A model generated the notes under the pieces. That model was not told where the DNA came from, made no database searches, and saw only the letters and a list, made by a program, of their open reading frames with translations. Shown piece by piece: positions 13,691-28,384 of a stretch of DNA of 64,000 nucleotides. Numbering within the stretch: position 1 is the stretch's first letter; every line of letters starts with the position of its first letter. The stretch covers positions 126,976,001 through 127,040,000 of the forward strand of contig NC_042999.1 of NCBI RefSeq assembly GCF_006345805.1, given 5' to 3'. A program made the position numbers and the translations under genes. The DNA comes from Octopus sinensis (lineage: Eukaryota).

Positions 13691-14200
13691 GTAGTAGTAG
13701 TAGTAGTAGTAGCAGCAGCAGCAGCAGCAGTGGTATAAAATGGCAAATTGGCAGAATCATTGTATGTTGGGCAAAATGCTTACTGGCATTTTGTCTTTCT
13801 TTACATTCTGAGTTCAAATTCTGGGGAGGTCAACTTTGCTTTTCATTTTTTTGGGGGTCAATAAAATAAGTACCAGTTGCACACTGGGGTTGATGTAATT
13901 GACTTACTCCCTCCCTCAAAACTGCTGGCAAAATATGAAATCATTATTATTATAATTGTGCCAGAATTTGAAACTATCATTATTATTATGATTATCATTG
14001 AACTGGCAGAATCATTAGCACGCTGGGCAAGAATGCTTAGCAATATTTTATTCAGCTTTACATTCTGAGTTCAAATTCTGCTTCTTATCCTTTTGGTGTC
14101 AATGATATAAATATCAATTGAGCACAGGGGTCAAAATAATTGACTAACCTCCTCCCCCAGAATTTCAGGCCTTGTGCCTATGGTAGAAAGGATTATTATT
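12700..14200 (+). mobile_element. Chain of family B SINE copies embedded in (ATT)n arrays
   Basis: Successive GGCAAGCTGGCAGAAT...TTCTGAGTTCAAAT...GTGCCAAAATTTGAAA units separated by (ATT)n. Confidence 0.8.
13082..13657 (-). mobile_element. 5'-truncated R4/Dong-clade non-LTR retrotransposon (restriction-like endonuclease C-terminus plus 3' UTR)
   Basis: WYKHHPEAVTEGENVSILWDF..TDKTIKANKPDIIIKD...LIDMSIPCD...EFDKISKYKDL..EIEKMW, then IPGLPSLQEVQKIILTGTAYVLRRALSL. Flanked by TAA repeats on both sides. Confidence 0.9.
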
Positions 14201-17200
14201 AGTAGTTTTTATTTCTGGTAAATCAGTTTCTCTTTATATTGTATCACACTTTAATACATCTAAAGAAAACTAACTTTTTGATACCCTCAATAAGGTGCAT
14301 ATAAAAGAGATTTTCAATAAGCACTTATTGGAATTTTCAGTTGGATATAACATGTGTTACATACTGTCATATGTTCCTTAATCAAAAAAATTCTGTCTGA
14401 GATAGTGATAGTTTATCGAAATTCCTTTTTCTCAGTAGCTATCCATTTAACAACCTCTTTTTAATCACTTCGTTTTTTTTACGAGTTTTTTTATCCTCAT
14501 TATTATTATTTTTTTTCTTTTTATATACCAATCAATACTTTGATGTGCTGTTTTATTTCCCAGGCCTGTAATATTCTATCTATTTCAATATTATATTAGA
14601 AATTCCATTGTCATCTTTTTTAAATGCAACAGTTATAATTACAATTTAGTGTGTGCTCATTATGGATTTTAACCTGGATCAATATCTTGATACAATTGGT
14701 ATTAATTTCATTATAATTTTTGTGATCCTAATTGAGAAGTTCTAGTCAGTTTGTATTAGAGAATGGAGTGTATTCCTTATTTAAAATGCAAAGATTATGC
14801 ATTTGTTCTATTATTAAGAGCAATATCTGATATATTCTGATCAACTTTAGCTGTTATTGAACAGCTTTAGTTCTAAACTCAAAAATATCGATTTCTTGAA
14901 TGTAATACTGCCCACATATTGTTGAGGGAAAACAAAATGGTGTGATATTCATGAATTTCTCTCGAGTATTAATAATGAAAATTAAAGGAATAAACTGGAA
15001 CTATCATCAAAAACTAGTTTATAGACTGAGCTGTTCAAATGTTTATTTTCCCTTCTATTATATTGGTTTCAAATTTTGGCACAAGGCCAGCAATTTTGGG
15101 GAGGTGATTAAGTTGATTACATCAACACCAGTGCTCAACTGGTGCTTATTTTATTGATCCTGAAAGGATGAAAAGCAAGAATCAACCCTTGTGGAATTTG
15201 AACTCAGAAAGTGAAGACAAACAAAATACTGCTAAGCATTTTGTCTGGTGTGCTAGCAATTCTGCTAGTTTGTCATCTTATCCTTCTAACATATTAAATA
15301 TGTTATACTGAATGTTACACATTTATGAGGTCAAGGCATGAGGACATTTTTGTAGGAAAGAGTTTATTGTTGATTGAATCACTGGTACTTATTTTAGTGA
15401 TTCTGGTAAAAAGAATCAAGTGATCCATTGAGCTTTGTTCCGAATGTAGAGGAAATGAAAAACAAAAAGTAAACACTTTAAGGTATTCAGTTCTGTCATG
15501 CTGTTTCAGTTTCTCACTATGAATGCTGACCTCTTGACTGGTTGTCTGATATTCTAGCCTCAAATGCCAGTAATTAACGTAACATTTAGCTAGGCACCAG
15601 CAAAATGTTATTTTACTTTTTTTTAAAGGGATGTGTAAATGGAAATTGTGATGTTCATTTGTAACCCACAGTTATTACTTAATTCTTTTATGACTTATTT
15701 CCAACGTAAGTTGTTTGGATTAAATTTGAAAATAATCAAGAATTTTGAGGATTTAATAAAATAATGAATTTACTATAATTATCACTGACAAAAATAATTT
15801 TTATATAGAAAAAATTATCTAACTAGTGTTTGGAACAATTTAACAAAAGGCTTTTACATAAATTGCTAAGGATTTATTTAAAGTGTGAAGGTTTTTAACA
15901 CTTTTGTTTGCATATTTCTGTTGAAATACATTGCCTTTGTTTCAAATAGTTTTAGAATAAAGAAATTAATCATATATCTTTGTCATTATTAAGCTGGTTC
16001 AAGGCAGCAAACTGGCTGAGACAATAGCACACAGAAGTAAATGCTTAGCGGCATTTTGTCTGTCTTTACATTCTGAGTTCACATTCTGTCAAAGTTTGAC
16101 TTTGCTTATCATCTTTTCGAGGTCGATAAAATAAGTACCAGCTGAGCACTTACCCCATCCTCTGGAATTTCAGGCCTTGTGTCTATAAGAGAAAGGATTA
16201 TCAAGGTGGTGTAAAGTGGCAAGCTGGCAGAATCGTTAGCATACTGGGTGAAATGCTTAGTGGCATTTCATCTGTTTACATTCTGAGTTTAAATGCTGCA
16301 GATGTCAAAATTTTTTTTTTATCCTGTCAGGGTTGATAAAATAAGGACCCGTTGAGGGCTGGAGTTGATGCAGTCAACTTGCACTCTCCCCTGAAATTAC
16401 TGGCCCTGTGTCAAAATTTGAAACTATTATTAAGCTGGTGTTTGGAAAATAGATTAGCACAAAAGTTCAATGGAAGATTTTAGTTCAGATCATTCTGGAA
16501 AACCAAGTTTGTATCATGGAATAAAGGGTGGATTGGCATCAAAAGAGTTTAACCAGTTGATTGGTTTCTTTCAAGGAAGCAGGGGTGGTGTCAAGTTGAT
16601 TGGTATCAAGAGGGTTAAGTGAAATAGTTTCAAAAAGAATTGAGACCTGCAAGCTCAACTTGCAGAAACTTCACTATGATTCTTGTCTTTAAACTGAATA
16701 ACGCTAACTTTTACTTTAATGAATGAGTTAGAGGTGAAGAAGAAACGGTGTCCATGATCTTTGCAGGCCATCACACACTATTGAAATTGATGTGGCCATT
16801 ATCTAGCCTGAACATCTGTAGGTCAATGTGCACCGGATAAAACATTGGGGAGAAGGAACTGAAGGTCTGGTTTAAGCACTTTCAACAGAGTGCACTTTGT
16901 TAAAGAATCAGGTTGTGGTAATGTAAAACTGGGTAAAATATTAGGCTCCTACCATACTATCTATATTATTAATCATATTAGTTATACACAAATGTTAGAA
17001 GATTTTTTAAGGCTGACTGAGATGCAATGATGAACAGACAGGGCTAAAGTGGTCTACTTTTTCTCCAGTGTAATTGAAGTTATTATCATTTATCTCTAGT
17101 TGATCCCTTGTGATAGTCACAACCGATATATTTCTACTAGACTGTCCCAGGTTGATTGTTAATTCTAGCTCAAATGTCTGTCATACTTTTGAAAGTCAGC

Positions 17201-17663
17201 TGATACAAAGCAGATAGTTTAGAGACATGTTTAGAGACTGTAAAAATTCATATCTACATGAAAAATAGTAGAGTTAAATTAGTGTTAAGATGTTTAATAC
17301 AGGAAAAACTAGCAAGAGATAAATATATGGTGAGGTAAAGATGTAATTAGTCAATGCCTAGTATTATTTGCATTGTTTTATGTAGTATAAGAAGTAATAC
17401 TGCTCATGTTTCACTCATTTTATGACCTCATTAAGAAAGCATGCCTTCACTGTGCTTGCCAAAGAAATGATGAAAGTGTTGTTATTGTTGATGTTATCTG
17501 CTTTTCCATACTGACATGGGTTCTCTGGGTCAGTACAGATTGAGTTGGTTATTCAGTTCTAATTTGAAGCTACTGCACTCATAGATAGGTTGGGGATATC
17601 TGTATATTGTATTTATGACAGGCGTTTCCTATCTTTAGAGAGTATACATGTTATACATGTTAA

Positions 17664-17884
17664 CCCTTTCGTTACCGTATTTATTTTGATATGCTCTTAG
17701 TTTCTTTGAATTATTTTAAATATAACAAAGAATTTAGTAAAATAACTTAGTTATCATTAAGCTAGTGTTAGGAACATAACTTGTGACTAATGTTCGGTGG
17801 AAAATTTTAATTCAAAACTTATGAAAGCAAAATATTTGTACTACAGATCCAGAACCGGTTTCAGCTGAGTTGGTAATGAAAGGG
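17664..17884. mobile_element. piggyBac-type MITE with TTAA target duplication
   Basis: TTAA|CCCTTTCGTTACC...GGTAATGAAAGGG|TTAA. A second copy lies at 37065-37284. Confidence 0.85.
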
Positions 17885-18714
17885 TTAAAGAGCATACTTT
17901 GCAGAATATACATGTTTATCATAGCACTAGTATAAGAGTTGTCTGGTTCCCAGCAAGACCAAAGGGTCTTCTCCAACCAATGTTGTCTCCCTTCATTTGT
18001 TCACCAGTGTCAGCACCAGTGCCTGAAAGTGGCTTGGTCCCCGGCAGATAGAAAAGAGATTGAAACATCACTGTGTAAAAATGAACAATATCCTGTGTTG
18101 GTTGGTGTGGGTAAACATAGTATTTACAAACATCATTACTTTTCAAGCAACTAGCTTCTATCACATTCTTAAATAAGTTTTCCCCCACCCCTCTTTGCTC
18201 AGAATTAAAATCTTGTAATAATCAACTTGGCTTTCCATCCCTCTGGAATTGATAAAATGAATACCAGTGATAAACTAGGTTTAATTATATTAACTATACT
18301 CTTCACTCATTACAAATTTTAACTTTGGTACAAGAACCAAAGTTAGAAATTATTATCATCCTCATCATCATTGTTATTTTTATCACAACTATCAACATCA
18401 TGATCATCATGATCATATTCATGATCATCATGATCATCATCACCACCACCTTTATATTTCCTCCCTTTAGATTTGATAAAATAAAGTACATGTCAAGTAC
18501 TATGGTTAATAGTATTGACTAAGCCTTCCTTTCAAAATTATTGGTCTTATCAGAAAACCCCTCAAAATGCTTTGTGGTATTTTGTCTGTCTTAATGTTTT
18601 GATTTCAAATTTTGCTGAGGTTGACTTTGCTCTTCTAAATAGCCCCTTCCCCAAAATTCACTCCTTACATTTTTAGTAGAAATCATTATTATTATTATTA
18701 TTATCATTATTATT

Positions 18715-19025
18715 ATCACCACGTAAAAGCACCATCCGTTCGTGTCCGTTGCCAGCATCGCCTGGCCCTGTGCCGGTGACACGTAAAAGCACCATCCATT
18801 CGTGGCCGTTCGCCAGCTCTGTCTGGCACCTGTGCAGGTGGCACGTAAAAAACACCCACTACACTCGCGGAGTGGTTGGCGTTAGGAAGGGCATCCAGCC
18901 GTAGAAACACTGCCAGATCTGACTGGGCCTGACGAAGCCTTCCAGCTTCACAGACCCCAGTTGACCCGTCCAACCCATGCTAGCATGGAAAGCGGACGCT
19001 AAACGATGATGATGATGATGATGAT
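18715..19025 (+). mobile_element. SINE-like element with (GAT)n tail and RTE-type 3' end (here called family C)
   Basis: GGCGTTAGGAAGGGCATCCAGCCGTAGAAAC...CCAACCCATGCTAGCATGGAAAGCGGACGCTAAACGATGATG, preceded by about 60-bp internal tandem units. A near-identical young copy lies at 54226-54440. Confidence 0.8.
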
Positions 19026-20321
19026 TATTATTATTATTAAGGCAACGAGCTGGCAGAATTATTACCACACTGGGAAAAATGCTTAGTAGCATTTTGTCCA
19101 CCTTGATGTTCTGAGTTCAAATTCCGTTGAGGGTGATTTTTCCACTTATCCTTTCAGGGGTGAAACACTGGCGTCTGTAAATTAAGTTACCAGTTGATGG
19201 TAATCAACTAGTCCTTTCCCTCAAAATTTCAGACCTTATGCCTATGGTAGAAAGGTAAGTCAACCTCAGCAGCATTTGAACTAAGAATGTTAAAAAAACA
19301 GAAGAAATGCCTACAAGCATTTTGTCTGATGCAGTAATGATACTGCCAGCTTGCCATCCCTTAAAAATTTGGTTTGATAATCCTCTACCATAGGCAAAAT
19401 GCCAGAGCATTTGGGAGGAGAGGACTAGTTGATTATGTCAACCTGAGTGTTCAACTGGTACATTATTTTATTGATCTGAAAGGAGACAAAGCAAAGTCAA
19501 CCTTGGCAGCATTTGAACTCTGAATGTAAAACTAGGAGAAATACACCTAAGCATTTTGTTCTGTGCTGTAATGATACTACCAGCTTGCCACCTTAAACAT
19601 CAAAGTTATTTCACTGAATCCTTCATAAATTTCAAAATTAATTGGAACAAAGAGAGTGTATTTTGAAAGAAATGCAGAAATTCTTGTTGTCATTGTTATC
19701 ATTACCATCATCATCATCATTTAATGCCTGTTTTCCATGCTGGGCTGGGTTGGACAGGTTGATAGGAACTGGCAATCCCAAAAGCCAAACCAGGTTCCAT
19801 AGTCTGTTTTGGCTTAATTTTTACAGCTGCATGACCTTCCTAATACTAATCCTTTACTGAGTGTACTGGGTATTTTTTACATGACACCATCACCAGGGCA
19901 TTTTACGTGGCACCACCACCAATGCTTTTTACATGGCACCATCACCAATGCCCTTCATGGGCAAGCATTACCAAGGTGATTTTAGAATATCAATTCTGTT
20001 GTGGTGGGCCAGTCATCTTGAATATAACAATGTGCCATATATCTTGGTCCTTTGTCATCATAAGGCTAAAAGTGAAAAAAAAATGTCACTGGAGTTAGAA
20101 ATGGCAGTGCCAAATTAAGTACTTTGTATTTAGTTAAATCCCTTTCTGCTATGAGTCCAACTGTTCTTCTTTCTCCTTAAGATCCCCTCTCCCTATGGAA
20201 GCTGGATCACTGGCAACTTTTCTCTCCTGTTCTTGAGTCGAGGTTGTCCTATCCCAGCTCTTGTTGGTTTTGAATTATCATCAATGCTTCTGTAACATTG
20301 TCTGTTTTGTTTTCTCTCTAG

Positions 20322-20361
20322 GTTGGAATATTAACCTTAGACAATGCCATGTCAACATCTG
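20322..20361 (+). other. Candidate 40-nt exon containing GCCATGTCA (possible start M-S-T-S-G)
   Basis: Strong acceptor tctgttttgttttctctctag and donor CTG|gtaaga. The surrounding DNA may be a decayed repeat. Confidence 0.25.
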
Positions 20362-21555
20362 GTAAGAGGTAGTCTATATTAGCCTGGCCTTTATCCTTTG
20401 ATCAGTCCAGCATAGGGATAAGAAGCTTGCATTCCACTGGTATAGATCTCAGAGTCACTGGGAAACAAGCTACCACACTATAACAAGGACTGGATCTTGT
20501 GGTAGGAGTTCAAATTTTACCAAGGTCTAATATACTTTTGGCCCTCCAGATTGACATTATAAACACCAGTCATAGACTGGAGTCAAATACATCAGTTTCA
20601 ATCCTCACCTGCCAAAATTTACGCCTTTGTGTCTAAGTCGGAAATCATTATTAAAGATTTAATTAGTGTAATTAGTGATATTAGAGTGTGTATATCAATT
20701 ATATATATATATCATGGATAATTATATCATAAATAAAATATTATTTATTGGTTAGTATACACCCACATGTATAAATTAATGCATAGACCTATACTCACAC
20801 ACACAAATTAATGCATTAACATACATACATACAAACACATATACATGCACAAAAGTATGCATACATGCACACACACATACATACAAACATATATACATAC
20901 ATACATATATACATGAATACATAAATACTTACATACAAGCATGCATATGTAAATACGTACATACATACTTACATATATACATACACACACATACATACAT
21001 TCATACATATACATACATGCATTCATACATACATACATACATACATACATACATACACAAAAGCATACACATAGGCTTCACACACTAATTCTATTGGGTA
21101 TTGTTCTCAGGAGACAGTGAGAAAAATGTTTCAGAAATATTTGGTGAGCATGTGTGTAAGAGTCAATGTAAGTGTATGTGTATCCTTATGTACTAACATA
21201 TGTATGTGTGCACCTATTTTGTGTGCACATGTTAGTATGTGTTTAAGTATCTGCATGTGTATGTATGCACCTATTCTGTGTCGGGACGTATGTGTATGTT
21301 TTGTGAGCATGTATGTGTGTGTGTGTGTGTGTGTGTGCATGTATTTTCTTTTATTTCTTTTACTTGTTTCAGTCATTTGACTGTGCCCATGCTGGGGCAC
21401 TACCATTAGTCAAACAAATCGACCCCAGGTCTTATTCTTTGTAAGCCCAGTACTTACTCTGTCAGTCTCTTCTGCAGAACAGCTAAGTTACAAGTATGTA
21501 AACATGCCAACATCGGTTATCAAGTGATGGTGGGGGAACTAACACAGACAGACAA

Positions 21556-21613
<58 letters not shown>

Positions 21614-22217
21614 CATGTGATCACGTGACCGACCAGACCATCAGATGTTGTTACACATCGCTGGTCACAATGCTTTCGCATTGTTTTAGCCTTCGAATGA
21701 CGCCACCCCGCTGGCTAAGCGAGCAGGCCATATATATACATGAAAGGCTTCTTTCAGTTTCCATCCCAAGGCTTTGGTCAGCCCAAGGATATAGTAGAAG
21801 ACACTTGTCTAAGGTGCCACACAGTGGAACTGAACCCGGAACCATGTGGTTAGGAAGCAAGCTTCTTACCACACAGCCACACCACCACCTAAGCCACTCC
21901 TGCTTATGTATTTGCATGGCTGTGTGTGCAACTATTTTGTGTCTGTGTGTATATGTGCTTATACTTTGCATGTATGTGTGCATCTATTTCGCATCTTGTG
22001 TGTCTAATGAGCTCACTTGTTTGCATGGGTATAGGTGCACCTACTTTGCATCTGTTTTGTGCCTGTGTATATGTGTCTTTGTGCGTACAGGTATGTGAGT
22101 AGATACATTAAGTTTTGAGTGTGTATACATGTGTCAGTGTGTTTGCATACATATTCATTTCCCTACTTTGTTTGAGTTTGTATGGTTGTAATTATGCATT
22201 TATACACACACACATGT

Positions 22218-22268
<51 letters not shown>

Positions 22269-22346
22269 TACATACATATATATGTATATATATGTGTGTG
22301 TGTGTGTGTGTATATCCTCATATATATATGCACATACACAGACGTA

Positions 22347-22386
<40 letters not shown>

Positions 22387-22862
22387 TGCAGGCATAGTTA
22401 TATCTTAATATATGGCCTGTCTAAAAGTGAAATTGTTAAATAATACACTTCACTTAAATACCCATAGACACACACAGACAGACACACAGACACACAGACA
22501 CACACACACACATACACACAGATATACATGTTCACATACACACACACACACACGTGTACACATGAAAGCTGGGTTGGGGAAGAGAGGAAGGTTATGGGTG
22601 GAGTGGTGGATGGTGAGAATGACTGAACCTTAGCTAATGGCCTGCAGAGAAATTCTAGTAAAAAACTGATGTCAACAGTTGTGATAACCAGACTTAATCT
22701 AATGCTTTAATCTCTGCCTTTAAGCCATATATTTTATGCTATTACAAATATTTCATTTTGTTTTTTTGTTTTGTTTTTTTTTGTCACTGTAGCCATTATT
22801 AGTGCAGTTACTTGTCTTTTGTACTGTACTCATTGTCTCTGAGTCTAAGTGGCTAATAAAGA

Positions 22863-22905
<43 letters not shown>

Positions 22906-23222
22906 GGAATGATAGCAAAAGGGGCTGATTCCTACCTAGCTCAGATACCAGGAAACCCCAAAATGGCTGAAATTCAAAAGCTAGTGTTCATAGGAACTGC
23001 CCATATCCTACGTAAAATACTGTCCATGTAATCTCAAATTTTAAAACAAACTCGTAATTCTCTTATGTGTTCTTAAACATTCTCTAGAACAAATACTATG
23101 TTCAAAATCAAATATATGACACCCTAGGCATAACATCACCATCAACTTCTAACTTGTTGTTTCTTGAGGTCTCTGGGTGAGACTTGGAGTCAACTTGTAC
23201 AAATACAAAGCAAAAGACAAAC

Positions 23223-23226
<4 letters not shown>
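22906..23226 (+). mobile_element. 3' fragment of an R4/Dong-clade retrotransposon
   Basis: GMIAKGADSYLAQIPGNPKMAEIQKLVFIGTAHILRKILSM* plus 3' UTR, bracketed by (TAA)n on both sides. Confidence 0.85.
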
Positions 23227-23288
<62 letters not shown>

Positions 23289-23333
23289 CAACAAGAATAA
23301 GAATAAGAATAATGATAATAATGATCATAATAA

Positions 23334-23365
<32 letters not shown>

Positions 23366-24489
23366 ACAATCCTTTATGCTATAGGCACAAGGCTTGAAAT
23401 TTGAGGGAAGGGGGGTTAAGTCGATTAAATCGACCCCAGTACTCAACAGGTACATATTTTTATTGACCCTGAAAGGATGAAAGGCAAAGTTGACCTTGGA
23501 ATTTGAAATAGTAATAATAACCATAAACCTTTCTACTAAAGGCATAAGGCCTGAAATAATGGGGTGGAGGGTAGTCAATTATATTGACCCCAGTACATAA
23601 CTGATACTTATTTCATCAACCCGAAAGGATGAAAGACAAAGTTGACCTTAGCGGAATTTGAACTCAGAATGTAAAGATGGACAAGTTGATAATGGGGTCG
23701 ATGTAATCAATTATACCCCTCCACCACCACCACCACCATCATAATCATCATCATCATCGTTTAACATCCGCCTTCCATGCTGGCATGGGTTGGATTGTTT
23801 GACTGAGGGATGGCAAGCCAGAAGGCTGTACCATGCTCCAATCTGATCTGGCAAGGTTTTAAGTGCTGGATGCCCTTCCTAATGCCAACCATTCCGAGAG
23901 TGTAGTGGGTGCTTTTTATGTGCCACCCACATGGGGGTCACTCAAGCGGTACTGGCATCAACCATGTTTGAATGGTGCTTTTTACATGTCACCAGCACGG
24001 TAATATTTCTCTATGGTCAGGTATGTTTCCATGGAAGATTAGGAATGAAAAACTCTGGTTTTAGAACAGTGATGCACTGTTTCAAGAGGAAGTGATACAA
24101 ACATACACTTAAATTTATGCATGCACACACATACACACACATGAATCCCACTCCCACAAATACAGATATTCTTTTTATTCTTTTATTCTTGTTTCATTCA
24201 TTTGACTGTGGCCATGCTGGAGCACTGCCTCGAAGAGTTTTTTAGTCAGACAAATCAACCCCAGGACTTATTTTTTTCTTTTTTTAAAGCCTAGTACCTA
24301 TTCTATTGGTCTTTTTTGCCAAATTGCTAAGTTACAGGGATGTAAACACACCAACATCAGTTGTCAAGCAGTGATGGAGAGGGGGGAGACAAGCACAGAC
24401 ACAAAGACACACACATGTATATATATACATATACAACGGGCTTCTTTCAGTTTTCATGCACCACATCCACTCATGAGGCTTTAGATCCT

Positions 24490-24735
24490 TTTCTTCTTTT
24501 TCTTCTTCTTCTTCTTCTTCTTCTTCTTCTTCTTCTTCTTCTTCTTCTTCTTCTCCTTCTTCTCCTTCTCCTCCTCTCCACCTCCTCTCCTCCTCCTCCT
24601 CCTCCTCTCCCCTCCTCTTCCTCTCCTCCTCCTCCTCTCTCCTCTTCTTCTTCTTCTTCTTCTTCTTCTTCTTCTTCTTCTTCTTCTTCTTCTTCTTCTT
24701 CTTCTTCTTCTTCTTCTTCTTCTTCTTCTTCTCTC
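24490..24735. repeat. Compound (CTT)n/(CCT)n homopyrimidine tract
   Basis: About 245 bp of pure pyrimidine triplet repeats. Confidence 0.95.
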
Positions 24736-26574
24736 CTCTTCTTTTCCACAGTTCTTTAAAATCTCCTAACATCAAATAGTTGTAGGCCAGTAGCATTTTA
24801 TTTGACTTCTGTTTCTTTTCCTTTTCTGGAATTGGGTTCTTTTGTCTGCTTGTTTTGTTGTGTTTACCTGTTTCTAGCAAGAGTTTAAGAATGGATTTCA
24901 CTAATTCAGATAGATTAAAAGGGATGAATTGTAGAGGCAATAAAAAATATATTTTTTTTTAGTGCTGTTCTACTTTGTTTTTGCACTAACAGAATACTCT
25001 CTACGAATGACAAGTCAAACTTGTATAGAAGCAAAAAATTGAACATGTTCCATCTTAAGTAATGTAATAAAGTGCTCAACTTAATTACATGACTTGTATA
25101 TTGTAATACAAAGCTGTGAATTCATTTATTTATATACTAATTATTCAAATTCTACATCTACTTCTCCAGCTACCATCAGTGGCAATAGCTTTCCTTGGAG
25201 TTTTTATTATCTTTCAAATTATTGCCAAATACCTTTTCTTTTACTGCTAACCCACTCAACAATAACATTAAGAGAGGATAGTGGTTTATTCCGGTGCTTC
25301 TCGAACATTTTCAGAAAAAAGATTGTCCCCTTTCTTTTACTAACACACTCTAAACTCCTGCCCCAATTGCACATCAGCAAAATTAAATGTGCAACTAAAA
25401 ACTGTTGTCAAAAGGTTGATTATCATTAAAAGATTACTTGTACATCATCATCATCATCATCATCATTCTCATCGCTGTCATCGTCATCGTCGACATCATC
25501 ATCATCATCATCATCAACATTTAACGTTCATTTTCCGTGCTGGCATTGATTAGACAGTTTGACAGGAACTGACAAGGTCAAGGGCCACACCAGGATTCCA
25601 TAGTCTGTTTTAGTTTGGTTATTACAGCTGGATGCCCTTTCTAACACCAACCACTTTACAGAGTGTACTGGGTGCTTTTTACATGGCACCATCACCAGTG
25701 CTTTTAATGTAGCACCAGTATCAATGCTTTATATGTGGCACCAGCACCCAGACCAATGCTTTTTATGTACCTTGGTTTTAAGATCTCAATTCTGTTGTGG
25801 TGGGTGGGTTTTATACATTTTATCAATATAAAATGCAATATTAAAACAACATTTGTACGTAAGATAAGAATTGAAATAGTTTTGAAAATTAGGGCAATTA
25901 AAAGACGTGCCTGTTACTGCACCAACCACCCCTTTTTCCTCAGTACTTATATAAAATTGTCCACTACTCCCTACACAAAGGTTGGTTACCATCCAGTTTG
26001 GAAAGCACTTATTTGTTCTAAAACATGCTAATGTTTCACATCTACTCATTCAAAGCATTGTATATTTACTTAGTGATTGTATCATCAATACTTCAGTAAG
26101 TATGGGAAACTCTTTGTTGCTGAAGAGACCTAACAAGACCAAAACATTCTCAGAGTTGTCCCTTGTACTTGCCCCTATTTAAGTCATTGAGCTAATGTCT
26201 TTTCTTCATTATGATTATATAAAAAAGGAAGAGTGAGGAACAAATCTGAACCCAACGATACACCAGAGTTGATTGAGAGTGAAGCTACTGATTCAGAATA
26301 TGATAGATGGATTACGCTAGTAGGCAAGATGCGTTCATAGAATTTTTGAATTTCTTTTGGATAAACTTCAATGGTGTGGGAAAGGGAGTTCTGCACTCAT
26401 TGACTAGTATTCATAAATCAATCTTACCCAGGCTTGCTTGCAGATATTTGTGTAGATGCATCACTAGCATTGACTGATTATATTTAATCTTTCTATAAGA
26501 TGTAATTTTTCTAAATGGTTATAATTTAATATTTCATTATTGAATTGATAAAAGGTGTTTTTTTTCTAATTTAA

Positions 26575-26635
<61 letters not shown>

Positions 26636-26833
26636 TTGCTGAAATTTGATTTAGTATTTCTAAACTGAATTTTTCCCTGTAAGTTCCCTCATATTATATA
26701 TATAGTCAGTTAGAGGATGTTAGATCCACATTAGGGATTATATAATCCAAAATATCTCACTGGTTAATCACTATCATGTAAGGAGAAAGTCTTGACGATA
26801 TGTTGGGGATTATTGTAGTAATACATATAATTA

Positions 26834-26975
26834 ATATTCAAAGAAAGAAAATGGAGAAAAATGGATATATGAATAATTTATTTGTATGATATAAAGATGT
26901 TGACATTTTTAATAATAACAATACAAATAAATTATTCATACATCCATTTTTTCTCCATTTTCTTTCTTTCAATAT
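26834..26975. repeat. Fold-back inverted repeat ending a (TA)n-embedded element
   Basis: 26834-26887 pairs with 26921-26975 (2 substitutions, 1-nt indel), with a 33-nt spacer. Confidence 0.9.
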
Positions 26976-27162
26976 ATATATATATCATATCATATATATT
27001 AAAAAATATATAGAAGTATAAACAAATGGAACAAATGGAATACACGCACACAGACTGTCACTAAATTCTTTTCAGTTATCATCCAAAGGATCACAGCAAT
27101 TTTACGCACACACACACACATGATAGAGAGAGATAGAGATAGATAGATTGAGAGAGAGAGAG

Positions 27163-27197
<35 letters not shown>

Positions 27198-27736
27198 GAG
27201 AGTGTGAGAGAGAGAAAATAGAAAAGAAAGAGAACACATTACAACTTATTTAATAATTAGAATTTTCAGAACTCAGGCATTACGTGATGAACAATAGAAT
27301 AGAATTAAACATTTTAGAAAAAAAAAAATTACACAATAGAAATAAATATGGAAATACTCATTCAGTATTAGGATAGAGTCTATTTCTGTAGATTCAATTT
27401 TTTTATTATTTTGTGACCTAATTCATTATCTAGCTTCACTAAAAGAAACAGCAGCAAATACGTTTGTCACCTTGCAGCAGGAACAATGCAACCTGTAATT
27501 GGCTACCATTTCAAATGAATAAAGAACATCAGGTGAACTAAGGACCTGTTAATCTCTTTGTTGAAATAAAATGAAAAAAAAAAAAATACCTCCAGATAAC
27601 TCAGGTGTGTTGTGAAGAAATTAAATTATTTATTGAATATAACACATGCTGACCTGTTTAATGCGAAATATATGATTACAAAGTGCTCAACAAATAGTTA
27701 ACAAGCTAAAATATTTAGATCACACACACACATACA

Positions 27737-27797
<61 letters not shown>

Positions 27798-28384
27798 TTT
27801 CTCAGCAGTAACCAAGATAGGAGGGTCAACTTACATTATGTTCTTTTTCTCTGAAAAATCATAAGTGTTAAATTTTACTCTTTATTCACCTGAAGAAAAT
27901 AGATTCTTTTGTATCAATAAGGAACATGTCTAAAACAGCTGTAGTGAACCTCAACCCATCTGTGTTACTGTGTGTGTGTATCATCATCATCGTTTAACAT
28001 CCGTTTTCCATACTGGCATGGTTTAGATGGTTTGACTGAGGTCTGGCGAGTCAACGGCTGCACCAGGCTCCAATCTGATCTGGCAATGTTTCTACAGCTG
28101 GATGCCCTTCCTAATGCCAATCACTCCGAGAGTGTAGTGGGTGCTTTTTATGTGCCACCAGCACTGGAGCCAGTCAGGCAGACCTGGCATTGATCACCTT
28201 CAGATAGTGCTGTTATATACCACCAGTATGGGGGCCAGTCAGGGGGTACTAGCATCGGCCATGTTCGGATGGTGCTTTTTATGTGCCACTGATACTCCTA
28301 CTCACCAAGACTTTGGTTTTTGCTACGTTGACCCTAAGGCCCTTCTATTATGTACACACACACAGATATATATATATATATATT

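Noticed and set aside
24332-24940. Long poly-K/E/S/L ORFs (also 30657-31926, 38444-38866, 45459-45770 and similar)
   Set aside because: They are translations of CTT, CAT, GT, TA and ACC microsatellites, with no splice context or non-repetitive domain.
26120-26152. CTGAAGA-GACC..GACC-AAAAC possible decayed hammerhead
   Set aside because: It needs at least four changes, and stem I still fails.
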